The translations under genes were made by a program, and so were the position numbers. Shown here in pieces: positions 1-11,207 of a stretch of 64,000 bases of DNA. Within the stretch, counting starts at the first letter, position 1. The number at the start of each line of letters is the position of its first letter. This DNA comes from Haliotis rufescens (lineage: Eukaryota): positions 186,001 to 250,000 of the forward strand of contig NW_025964386.1 of NCBI RefSeq assembly GCF_023055435.1, read 5' to 3'. The notes beneath the pieces were generated by a model that was not told where the DNA came from, did not search any database, and was given only the letters and a program-made list of their open reading frames with translations.

Positions 1-557
1 ATCTGTATTGATTGCTCTATTAGTCATGCCGTGAAGGTATCCTTGTTATGAAAAGCATTAGTGTGGAGATTATTGTAGCTTCAGAGTTTTCCTGCCTATT
101 GATTTGGGTTGAAATATGGGAGATAAAAATAGTCTCTTTTGTCATGGTCACAAAGTGTTTTAATTTATGAAGTTGAATACTGCCTTCTCTTCCTTTGTTC
201 CTGGTTCATATACAACTCAAAAATGTTAAGGATCACCTGATTCTTTCATATTCTTTAGTAATAGGAAAGAATCTGGTGATCTTTTACTTTTTTGAGTGTA
301 TGTTATAATTATTACAACTGTCAACTTTTGCCACTAGTTTTAGTCAAACTCTTTCTGCCTATAAGCTCAGCTCATAGTAGCCCATATATTAACATTGAAG
401 TATAACAAGATTTGCATATGAGTTGGTAAAGTGAGCATGTGTCTTTCAAAGTTAATATGGTAACCACTTTTTTATTATTACATGTTATTTATGGTTGGAT
501 GAACTCTTCTGTGTTTTAAATTAATGCAAAATGTTACCTTTTTTTTTGCATTTGTAG

Positions 558-3500
558 CTCGGTGCCGGAATAAGAAGAAGAAGCCATCGGAGGAAGGTTA
601 CAAGGAGACATTATGTCCGGTGTGTAATGACAGACTAGCAGGGAATGCTGACGAACTCAACGCCCATGTAGAACAGTGCTTAAAGAAGGCTGGTTAATTT
701 TACAGAATAGATACATTACCATTCATACCCATCTTGACAAATGATCGTTATGACTTCTCAAACTAGAACACTATTTAGGGAAACAATAACTTTAGAATAA
801 CTGTTTGCTTGGTGAACTGTGTCAGATGGTTTTATGAGGATATCCATTTTTGAAAATACACTGGAATGCCTTATACCCATTTTGCCTAAATTGGTCACTG
901 AATTAATAATAATATCCTTGTTCAAAAATGGGTTATTTTCTGTTTTCCCCAAATTATATCCCTATAATCAGACGAATGCACAGCTGCAATAGTTTTGGGA
1001 CAAGGATAAGGGAACACTAGCTCCCTCATTGATGAATGCAGCGCTGGAATATTGCTAAAAGCAGCCTAAAACCTTACTCACATATTGTAATGCCATGACG
1101 TAATACTTATGCTAGAACAAACTAGATATGCCAGACTAAATATTCGAGGTTGCTGTTACTTTTCGCTAGTCAGTTGTTGGAGGTAACTTTAGTTCAGGTT
1201 TTATTGTGAATGTCTTTCTCCACAGTATCAAACCCGTGGAGACCTGGGTGAGGATGAGCCAGTGGACGTGGAGGGGGACGGCGACCAGTACGAGGAGTAT
1301 ACATGGGCGGGGCAGACCAGGATCAGGGCTACCACCATGCTGCAGGGGGGGTTTGCCAGTGAGTTGTTCATTCATTCATTCACACTTCATAGCCCGGGGT
1401 GGGGTGGGGTGGGGTGGCCCAGTCATCTAAGGCGCCTCGATTCGCTGTGCAGAGTTGCGTCCCTTGGGCATGCCAGAAACCTATGATTGTAGGTTCGAAT
1501 CCCGGTTTGCCCCGATTATGTTTCTAGGTTTGTCAGCACCATACCCGTGCTCATGGGTTTCACCGAAGTGGTAAACGTCTGAGACCTGCATAACTTCGGG
1601 CTTTCCTCCCACATTAAGCTGACACGCCGCGTTATAACTGGAATACTGTTAAAAGCGGCGTTAAACCCAACTCACTCACTCAGTCATAGCCCAGGGGGTG
1701 AGGTTGGGTAGCCTAGTGGTTACAGCATTCGCTCATCACGACAAAGACCCGGGGAACGTGGGTACAATGTGTGAAGCCCATTTATGGTGTTCCCTGCCAT
1801 GATCTTGCTGGAATATTGCTAAAAGCAGCATAAAAGCTTTCACTGGCTGTTGGGTGGCCAGGTTTCTGGGACTTGATTGCTTGCATGTGGTTGTATCCCG
1901 TCGACGTGGGACATGGTCATGATATCAATCACTGGTTTGTCTGGTTCAGATTCATTTACTTAGATTGACGTAATATTGCTGGAATTTTGCTGAATGTGGC
2001 CTTAAACAACAAACAAAAGACATCTTTGATTGAAATAAGATGTTTGTTTGTTGTTTAATGTCACACTCAAAAATATTCCACCTATATGGTGGCAGTCTGT
2101 ATATAATCAAGTCTGTTTCCAGTGTTGACATTATGAGCATCGATCCACGCAGTTGGGATACGATGACATGAATCAACCAAGTCAGCGAGCCTGACCACCC
2201 GATCCCGTTAGTTGCCTTTTACGAGAAGTAGGTTGCTGAAGACGAATTCTTACCTGAATCTTGAAATAAAAAAATGGTTGCATTTCAAAACCATGATGAC
2301 ACAGATTGTCATGTTTGTCTGTTGCAGAGTCAGGATTCCAGACGATGAACTTACGAAGAATACAAGACGAAGATATTGATCTCAATGTAGACGGGGATGA
2401 TTCTGAAGAGTATGGAAAACCTCAGTATCCTTTCATTGCAAATGTGGAAACAGGCAGACATCATTCACCTGGCAACGTGCCATAATATTCTTGAGAACTA
2501 TTGCAGTTGTTCCAAAATCCATAGCAGGTCCCCATTTCAATGATGTCCAATCTAATGATGTTACACTGATGAGCTGGCTGACTCGATTAAGCACTGTCAT
2601 GCTGTCAACCACTGGTTTATGTTTAGCTTTAGTTGATTACCCAAAGTGCTTTTGTTTGTTTGTTGTTTAATGCCGCACTCAGCAATTTTCCAGCTATATG
2701 ACGGTGGTTTGAAAAAAAATCTAGTCTGGACCTGACAATCCAGTGATTGACATCATGAGCATCGATCCTCGCAATTGGGAAACGATGACATGCATCAACC
2801 AAGTCAGCAAGGCTGACCACCCGATCCTGTTAGTCGCCTCTTACAACAAGTGTAGTCGCCTTTTATGGCAAGCATGGGTTGCTGAAGACCTATAAAAGTG
2901 GTAAACGTCCAAGACCCTCATCATTTAGGGTTTTCCTCACACATATAAATGTTTAAATATTGTTAATCCAAACTCACTCACCCACTTTGGAATGAACTAG
3001 TTTAGGGAAAACGAATCTCGAATATCTGGAGTTCTACTCCTGTGCAATTTAGCCATTGAAGATATAATTTTTCGACAAATTGCATGATGTTGAGGAGTGT
3101 GAGACATGTTTCTTTTCCTTAACCTTGTTAAGATTTTCTGAAGTTGATGTGATTCCTGTCAGTGCAGATGAACCGGGCGAGGACCGCGAGAGACAGGCAT
3201 TGAGAGGAGCGTTACTCAGGTGGGTAGACTTACGCTGTTATCTCAGGGGGGCATGGGTGGACCAGTGGCCTAATGTGTGCACAGTTGTGTCCCTTAGTCA
3301 TGACAGGATCAGTTGATTAAGTTTGAGTCCCAGTTTAGCCCATCTTCCAGAGGCAAGGGCATTAACTGACTGTAAAAGTCAAGTTTCCACCCTTGCTGAA
3401 ATAGGCTGCAATTATGGAGGTATAGTATGACTGGACAAACGAGTTTAGGCAAAGTCCAGTCAAAATCGCGTAACAAAATCGACACCCGGTTTACAAACAA

Positions 3501-6500
3501 CATGGATTTCAAATGTGCAGATTTCGGTCAAATGCAGGATTTGCAAAAGATTTGTACCGTCTACTTGGCATCGACAGACGTTTTCCAAATCTTTTCATGT
3601 TTTTAATCAAGGTGCTCACGTGATATGATGAAATTCGCTAAGTAAGGCCGGTTTTTTACAATATAGATCTTGATTATTGGTCAGATTGTCTTGACTGGGC
3701 GCTGCCTTTTTGTTTGAAGCAAATGCAAGTGATATGAGAGGTGGAATTAAACTGGTCAATAGGAGGGGCATAGAAGGGACATAACTTTGTTTTAAATCTG
3801 TAACAGGATCAGTTTGTTTCTCAAGTATGTGAAATCAAGTAGTTTGAGTGAAAAGTTTCTATATCATTTTAATTTCTCTTCTTTTTGAGTAAGTGTGTTT
3901 TGGAGATTATGAAATTCATCTCCTGAGTTTTAGCTGTTAAACTGATGATTGTAATGTCTGTCTTTCAGTTCTGACCCAAGTTCTTCACATACAGAAGGTA
4001 AGTAATATCAATGGGGTTTTCACTTGTGAGTGGAGCGAGATGAGCCACCATTGCCCAAAATATACACCAACAACTTTCTTGGCATGCTTTTTTCCATTAA
4101 TGTGAATTGATAATTGTCGAACATGAACCAATTCGAGCAACCATATAGTAAAATACATGGACATCAGCAAATTTATGGAATGTTGCTTCAGCTGAATAAA
4201 AAAAATCTAGACTTGAAGAGTTATGTCCCCTTAACTGGTGTTATCCAGACATGTTTAAAGTTAATGGGTGTAACTTTGTGATCTAGGGAGCAGCTATGTC
4301 TGCATTGTGGTCTGATATTGTCACTGAATGATGGATAACTTAGTATTTTGTCGACGGGCCCCACTGTATCCTGTGTCGAGTGCATTTGTAATTGCTTATG
4401 CCTGATTCTTGCTTATTTCTAGGGCATTCCAACTCTCCCGAGTGTCAAAGTAAGCAGTCACATGACCACAACCACGATGTTCCTATGGAGGGGTCAAGGT
4501 ATGTGCTGCACATTGAAGACTTCATGAATGCGTGGATTGGACTACAAGTTCCATTCACACCTACAGATATCTTGCATTATTGTTGGTCTCTGTATGTTTA
4601 TTTGTTGTTTACGCCGCACTCACCGATATTCCAGCTATATGTCGGCCTGTAAATAATTGAGTCTTAAACAGACAATCCAGAGATTGACATAATGAGTATC
4701 GATCTACGCAATTGGCACATGATGACATGCATTAACCAAGTCGCCAAGTTCCGATCCCCTAGTTGCCTCTTACAACAAGCATGGGATGTGGAAGACCAGT
4801 TCTAACCCTGATCTTCACCGGTACATCTAGATAGCACTGGTAGTGGACAAGGGGAGTTCCAATTCGGACACTGTTATTGGCGTAGTGGTGTCACCATCAT
4901 TGTATGCACTGCTGTAGGTAATCTACTACAGTCTACACCAGACACATCACTGGTTGATGTGATGAGCAATGCACCATGCTGTCCTGCTACAATGACACGG
5001 AATCAACCAAGGCACAAAGCCTGCCTGATCCAATTTAATCGCTTTCTTTGATAGGTTGCTGGGGATTGATTCTAACCCAGAATACCAATGGGGTCACAGG
5101 TAGCATGAGATTCCACAATTTGCTGTTCAGAGTTTTGTGCATCAGACGTGCCATGATCAGATGGTTTGAATGCCTTGTGGGCCCTACTGATGATAGTTGG
5201 TCTGTCAGCACCACACCTGTGCTGTTTCGGTTTGCATCAAAGTAAACGTCAATAAACTTTGTCACATTATCCTTTCCTTCCACGACCAACAAAGATAAAG
5301 TTTGTTTGTTGTTTAACGCCTCACTAAACAATATTCCAGCTATATGACGGCGGTCTGTAAATTTTGAGTCTGGACCAGACAATCCAGCGATTGATATCGA
5401 TCCACGCAATTGGAATCGATGACATGCACCCCAAAGATGAAGTGACAAGATACAACGGCCTCACCGGGCTCACCCCATTCACTGTACCTGTGTCATTACT
5501 TCACTTTGTTTTTATGAGCAGATGACTGTTCTCAACAATAGTGAAATGCATGCTCAAAAACAAGCTGATACAATGGGGTCAAAATCATGTTGAAATGAGA
5601 TTTCCTGTAGCAATGGTTATCTGTTCACTAAAACACTACCGTTAAAAGAATATCTGGAACAGCTTTATTTTTCAATGATCTTAAATTGCAGTTTGTTTTT
5701 TGTTTCAGTGTGAGCACGAGCACAGGTTCGTCTACATCAGAAGTTATCAGTGCACTGCGGTCCCGACTCCGGGATCTGGAGGAGGAGAAGTCCGAGAGAC
5801 AGAAGTGTCTCATCTGTATGGTGAGTAGCAGATGGCTTGCCAACTGTGGCCAAGGCCAGCCATATTATATTGTTTTCCAATATCAACTTAAGAGGCAAGT
5901 GGTGGAAATTAATATAAATAAAAACCAACCTTTGATTTAGAATACACCTGTAGGTTATCCATTGATCTTCCACCTGATCAAGGGTTCAAATTGTAGTTTC
6001 ATCTCAGTGATGCTTGGTTTGTCAGCACCATACACTTGGGTGTATCCAAAAGTGAAAAAATTTCTTCGACCTGCATTAATATGCTTTTCCTCCTACACAA
6101 TACTCTCAGCTCAGGACAAACTTGAGCGTTATCATGATTCAATTCACTGCAAACCGACACAATTTGGTTGCGTAGGGTGTCATAGTATACTGTGGGGCCA
6201 GAGTTGCAGGCCTAAGCAATGCCAGCATGTGCTGATCATCGGTTTAATGAGACCACCTCCATGATCTAGTGGTAGAGCATCTAAGCGGAGAGTGGAAGGT
6301 CGGAGGTTCAGTCCCTGGCCACGTCATACCAAAAGACGTAGAAAGATGGTACTTGTTGTTATCCTGCCTGGCGCTTGGCATTAAGGGGCTAAAACAAGGA
6401 GTGGTCGGCTCGGAGACAGTATACTGAGTTGGGTATTCATGTTAAACTGTTACATGGTATCTCAGTGGGCTAGCACTATAAAATCAATGTTAGTCAAGAC

Positions 6501-7793
6501 TAGTACAGTCAGCCACACCCACGTGCATGCACGTTACTATATAAGTGCAATCATCTTGAATGTAATGTTAAACCCCATTTCACCTTACCTCCGTTATATG
6601 TTTTTTTGTCAGGACCAGGCCAGACTTCAAAACGTTTTTATGATTTGGTTACCCACGGAATCATGACATACCCAGATACTTGAGGTATATTACGGAATAT
6701 ATGTTTAAAGTAGGGCATAGTAGGTTTAGAATATAGGTATGAAGCTGTCCAATTATAAGTAGGGTAACAGTAAGAGAAACACTTGCTTACCCATGTTTAA
6801 TGTTTTACAGGAACCCTACCGGAATGCCCTGACGTCAATACAGTGCTGGCACGTCCACTGTGAAATGTGTTGGCTCAAAACACTGGTGAGTCTTGCAAGA
6901 CACAACTGAGAGAAGATGGTATATCATGCAAAATACATTTCTCAGGATTTACTAAAACTAATGCTGATCCTGTGTGCCTTTATACAAGTTTTGTAGATGA
7001 TCAGGTTTACCAGGTTAACTTTCTCATTTGGCAATATGTTTTGAACAAATTAAACCACTACCCGACATGAATTTCCTCATTATATGAAAAAATGCACCAT
7101 CTATATCTTAAATGCTGTATCCTCTCTAGTAGTGTTTGCTGTAGTTGTCAAATTTGAGATTCTTTGGATTTGCTGAGGTCTCAGTGCTTCATGCTGCTTA
7201 AAATGGAGATCAGGCCAACCAAAGAGCTGAAGCCTGGATTCCATAGTGTTGTATGATGATGTCATCAACATATAAGGAATGTAAATTTGTGCAGCAGTCA
7301 ATGTTTCAGTTATTTCTCAATGTCTTGCAATAAGTTTGTATTGGCCAGGAGAACCAGTGGTTGATAGCACAACCCACACCATAGGAGCATGACGAGAGTC
7401 GGCCAGATCAGTGGAACCATCCAAACATTATTTATGTCTTGGGATGGTGGCGTAGCCTAGTGGTTAGAGCGGTCGCTCGTCGAATGGGTACAATGTGTGA
7501 AGCCCATTTTTGGTTTCCCCCGCTGTGATATTCCTGGAATATTGCTTAAAGTGGTGTAAACCAATACTCACTCCCTCATAAGTCTAAGGGTGTTACGACA
7601 AACATGGGATAACCATTCTACCTTCCACCCTGTTATCCCAAGAAAGATCAGGATCTGTAATTCATGTCAACAAGATCTCATATTTTAAGACAGATAATTC
7701 TGAATTTCCTTTTTCTTTCAGGGAGCGAAGAAGTTGTGTCCACAATGCAACATGATTACCTCCCCTTCTGATCTCCGAAGAATATATCTCTAG
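558..7793 (+). CDS. RNF220: E3 ubiquitin-protein ligase RNF220, 3' part (9 exons visible; 5' exons lie upstream of the window)
   Basis: Exons 558-688, 1226-1358, 2328-2424, 3133-3219, 3969-3997, 4423-4498, 5709-5820, 6811-6885, 7722-7793 join in frame. They give CPVCNDRL..HVEQCLKK, EEYTWAGQTRIRATTMLQGGF, DLNVDGDDSEEYGKPQFSEVDVIP and the C-terminal RING KCLICMEPYRNALTSIQCWHVHCEMCWLKTLGAKKLCPQCNMITSPSDLRRIYL*, which are RNF220 hallmark motifs. Confidence 0.96.
1411..1681 (+). mobile_element. SINE family C (tRNA-derived head with a long insert between A and B boxes, ~275 bp); other copies 44514-44790 (+), 59118-59356 (+), 54232-54362 (-, partial)
   Basis: TGGCCCAGTCATCTAAGGCG A box, GGTTCGAATCC B box, shared tail CTGGAATACTGTTAAAAGCGGCGTTAAACCCAACTCACTC. 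Confidence 0.85.
2040..2260 (-). mobile_element. Family B copy (further copies at about 2652-2892, 4598-4822, 5300-5430, 25176-25375, 46600-47175, 51000-51370 on minus; 25640-25800, 48010-48120, 60520-60985, 62443-62685 on plus)
   Basis: Shared core GATGACATG..AACCAAGTCAGCGAGCCTGACCACCCGATCCCGTTAGT. Confidence 0.8.
2425..3132 (+). other. U12-type (minor spliceosome) GT-AG intron in RNF220
   Basis: 5' splice site GTATCCTTT at 2425. Branch point TTTTCCTTAAC at 3113-3123, about 10 nt before the AG at 3131-3132. Splicing restores GKPQ/FSEVDVIP. Confidence 0.92.
6262..6590 (+). mobile_element. SINE family D (tRNA head plus a Meta/MESC-like core); other copies at about 48975-49230 and 61605-62315
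   Basis: TCTAGTGGTAGAGC..GGTTC head followed by GTCATACCAAAAGAC..ATGGTACTTG..CCTGCCTGGCGCTTGGCATTAAGGG, which resembles the MetaSINE core. The family assignment is from memory and was not searched. Confidence 0.7.
7440..7573 (+). mobile_element. SINE family A, degenerate (other partial copies at about 1693-1840 and 26130-26183)
   Basis: TAGCCTAGTGGTT head and GGAATATTGCT...CTCACTC tail, with an internal deletion. Confidence 0.75.
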
Positions 7794-10700
7794 TTCCCAT
7801 CCCATCCACCAGGTGTCCGTAGGCTTGTAGTCTTGTTTGCAATCAGGGACAATTTTCATTGGCTGTGGATCCTCGTTGTTTGCTGGCTTAGCCAATCAGA
7901 AATCAGTACCTGGATCTGAGGTGAAGAAGTCAGTACAAGAAATCTGTTGGTGATGAGCTGCCCTATTGGTGCAAAGTGTTATATGTGAAAATGTAAATAA
8001 ATAAAGGTTTTATTGCCAAAGTAGACCGTTGTAATGTAAAAATACCATACTGTACAGATAAATTATATGATATGATGTATTGTTATAACTTTGAATTATG
8101 TAATGCATAGTCGTGGAGGACTAGTGTCATTTTGTTCCAATGTTATGATATTTGTGGATGTTTTAAAGGTTTAATCATGATCAACCAGTATTAATGTTTA
8201 AGTCATCCCAAATTCACAAGATTTTAGTTTCCTGGAATTGTCATTTATTTGCATTAAAAAGATAAATTGGTTCGTTCATTATGAAGTACATGAAAAGTCA
8301 TGAATTTCAAAGTATACCTGTTTTAAACAAATATTACATCAAAATAAGAATTTGATTTTTTGTTTTCATAAATCAAGTTGATTGAGAATCAGTTAAACAC
8401 AGGATGTTTCCTTCTCAAATTATGAAGTTCAAATGCTGTTTGTCAAATGTTTTGGTTAATGGTCTCCTACAAAATGGTTATTTCACATGGTGAATTGTAG
8501 TTTTGTGTTGAGAGCCTGTAGCAGCACAGTCAGAAAATCACAGTATTACAACCTGGAGACATTATTTCCATGTGTGATAGGACTATTAAGGCATAATATT
8601 TGTGGTATCATTTTCTTTTGAAAGAACCTGCATTTTATAAACAGTGCTCCAGATCCTGCTCCCTCCAAAACCCTGCTTTCATTATGGTTGTCATAAACAC
8701 TGACTGTAATTTGTCTTGTTAATCCAGAAAATTGAATACCCGTAATGTTTTATGGGGTTTAAGAGTATTCAGGAAGAGATCAAGGCCACAGTGGGGCGTG
8801 AAATATAATATGTTTACAGTAGGAAGTAATATATCCCTAAAGAAATTAAACTTGGTTGCTTCATAACATGATTTTTCCATAATGCTACACGGCGAGACCC
8901 CCTTAACAGTTCGGAAACAATGCAAGCAAAATGATATTTTCCAAGCCAGAGTGTATATTGGCATTGCCCTACCCAGAATCTTTTTCCTTGCCACCTGCAG
9001 ATGTACTACTGTTTCTCAGAAGTTAAAGAACACCCTATTTTCTTCATATTTCTACAGTTAACCTGTCATGCCACAACAGATTAACTAGTAATATGAAAGA
9101 ATAGTGTTCTTAACTTCTTTTGAGTAATATATTTGTGATATGTACTTGTTAGATGCATATAAATTGTCCGGAGATGAGATAGGAATATTTTATGACAGAC
9201 TATACTCCCATAAAACCTACAAGTAACTCGTGTGGCCCTATGCGTATTGAGATAATGTGATCACACGAAATAAAGAGCGAGATTCGCTTATGAGTCATGA
9301 CATCACTTTTGAAAGGAATTATTTGGGTCATGGTTGTTTTTGTTTTTTAAATTGTTGAGACTGCACTACATTTCAAAAGTCATTGTTTATTGTGAACGTT
9401 TTGTAATAGAATGTATTTCAAGATTTACTTTCAGAAATAAACCTAGACATATTTGACCCAATTCGGTAAATCTAGGTCTGCTCTGTCAGTACATGTGAAA
9501 AGAAATACCAGCAATAGTTTTGTATTGGAGTGAGTGTTTGTTGATGAAGTCCAGTAAACATTGTCTACTTGTGTGTCATGTGAATTGCTTCAACATGGCT
9601 TAGCCTCCAGCATTTAAGAAAAAGGGAAGACTTCGGAATGATTGTAGGTGTAGATCTTTATAAGTGTGATAATCAGTCTGCATTTCATATTGATCACTTC
9701 TTTCATAATATTTAAAAAATATACTCCTGAAAAGAAGTTCCAATAGCACCCGATTTTGTCATATGACTTACTATAGTTGGGTGTTCTTTAACTTCTTTTG
9801 AGCATTATATAGTGAAAACAGTTGATATCTTGTGACAAATGCTGCCAACAGCAAGCTTGTACCAGAAATGATCTCATACCGATATTATTGCATTAGATGC
9901 AGATATTTGTTTTTTGGACTGGTGAATTTTTTCTTTTCATATTCTTCCTTATCTATGCTGCTTTATTAGGGCAGTCAAATAAGATTTAACATTTTTCATC
10001 TGTCAAGTCTTCATATGTTGTTGAAACTAAAATAAAATGCTGTCCCAAATTAACAGAAAGGATTAACTAAATATTTTTCAACTGATCAGGGCCCACTTGC
10101 ACAAAGCGATCTTAGCGCTAAGATAATTGTAACTCACATACTTTAACATAGGGTTAAGATAATCGTAGCACTAAGATGGCTCTGTGCAAGTGGCCCTAGG
10201 ATTGAATCCCAGGTTAACCTTGGTTTGGTGGCACCAAATGTCTTTGAGCCAAGTCAGTCCTGCCTTTCCTGCTACATTAAGGCAATGTGGCATGATATAA
10301 CCAATACTGTCAGGCCCCACCACAAACCATTCAGGGAATGTGACAAGTATTTAATCATATCAGCTGAGCTCAATACGAAAACAATGTACGAGTCAGCGAT
10401 AGGTTCAGGGAGCTGTTTTAGCAGTTCACCAGAAATTAATGTACATGTATAGGTTTTATGTGACCTTGGACCTTGGACCTTTCATTTAGTTGGTTCATTC
10501 AAAACTTGTCCGCTGAAGGCAGAATATATTTTACCAACAGCAGCTGTTTTACTCTGAGTGTTCTGTTGTATGAAAAAAACATTGATACTGGAGAGTTAGA
10601 CAATGTGTATCTAAATTTGTGTGTAATTATATTTATGAATGGGTGACTGTTCACACACGGATTGATCTCTTCGTGTAGAACAGACTTTGGGAAACTCTAC

Positions 10701-11207
10701 CAAGTGCTATGCTCGACGAGTTGTAGATATTGTGTGTATGATTATTGTTCTTATGAGCTGAAAAATATTCCAAAGATATTCTCCACAGCACACCACTGTG
10801 GTGAAAAAGTGTAAATAAAATGCCAGAAAATTTGAAATCATCTTTGTTCTTGTTTGTTACCAGTTTTAAAAAGTGTTAAGGACATGATTTCACTCGTTTG
10901 CCTGTTCCAGGCTTGATAATGCATAGACTGCGGACATTAGACAACATCATTCAACACTTTAAGAATCATCCTCCAAGAAAACACAATGTCTATTAATCTG
11001 AAATATTGATGTTGGATTTTTTTTCACATCAACATATTCTATAAATTTTGAAAATCTTCAAGAACCCTGCAAACCACATTGCCCACACAGATGCTTAGGT
11101 CTTGCAAACAATTACCTCTCAGAATAAATATCATAAACTTCATGACAATGCTGTGGGGTGGCACCCTTACCTCGCTGCCTTACTCTCCCACACTCACTCA
11201 CTCACAC

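Noticed and set aside
37-45. Second U12-like donor AAG|GTATCCTTG at the window start
   Set aside because: No recognisable RNF220 exon precedes it, and the acceptor at 557 has a U2-type polypyrimidine tract without TCCTTAAC. It cannot be supported.
2629-2820. Recurrent small ORFs MVRLADLVDACHR.. (also 31674, 50882, 54397)
   Set aside because: They are translations of family B retroposon copies. Frame and length are not conserved between copies.
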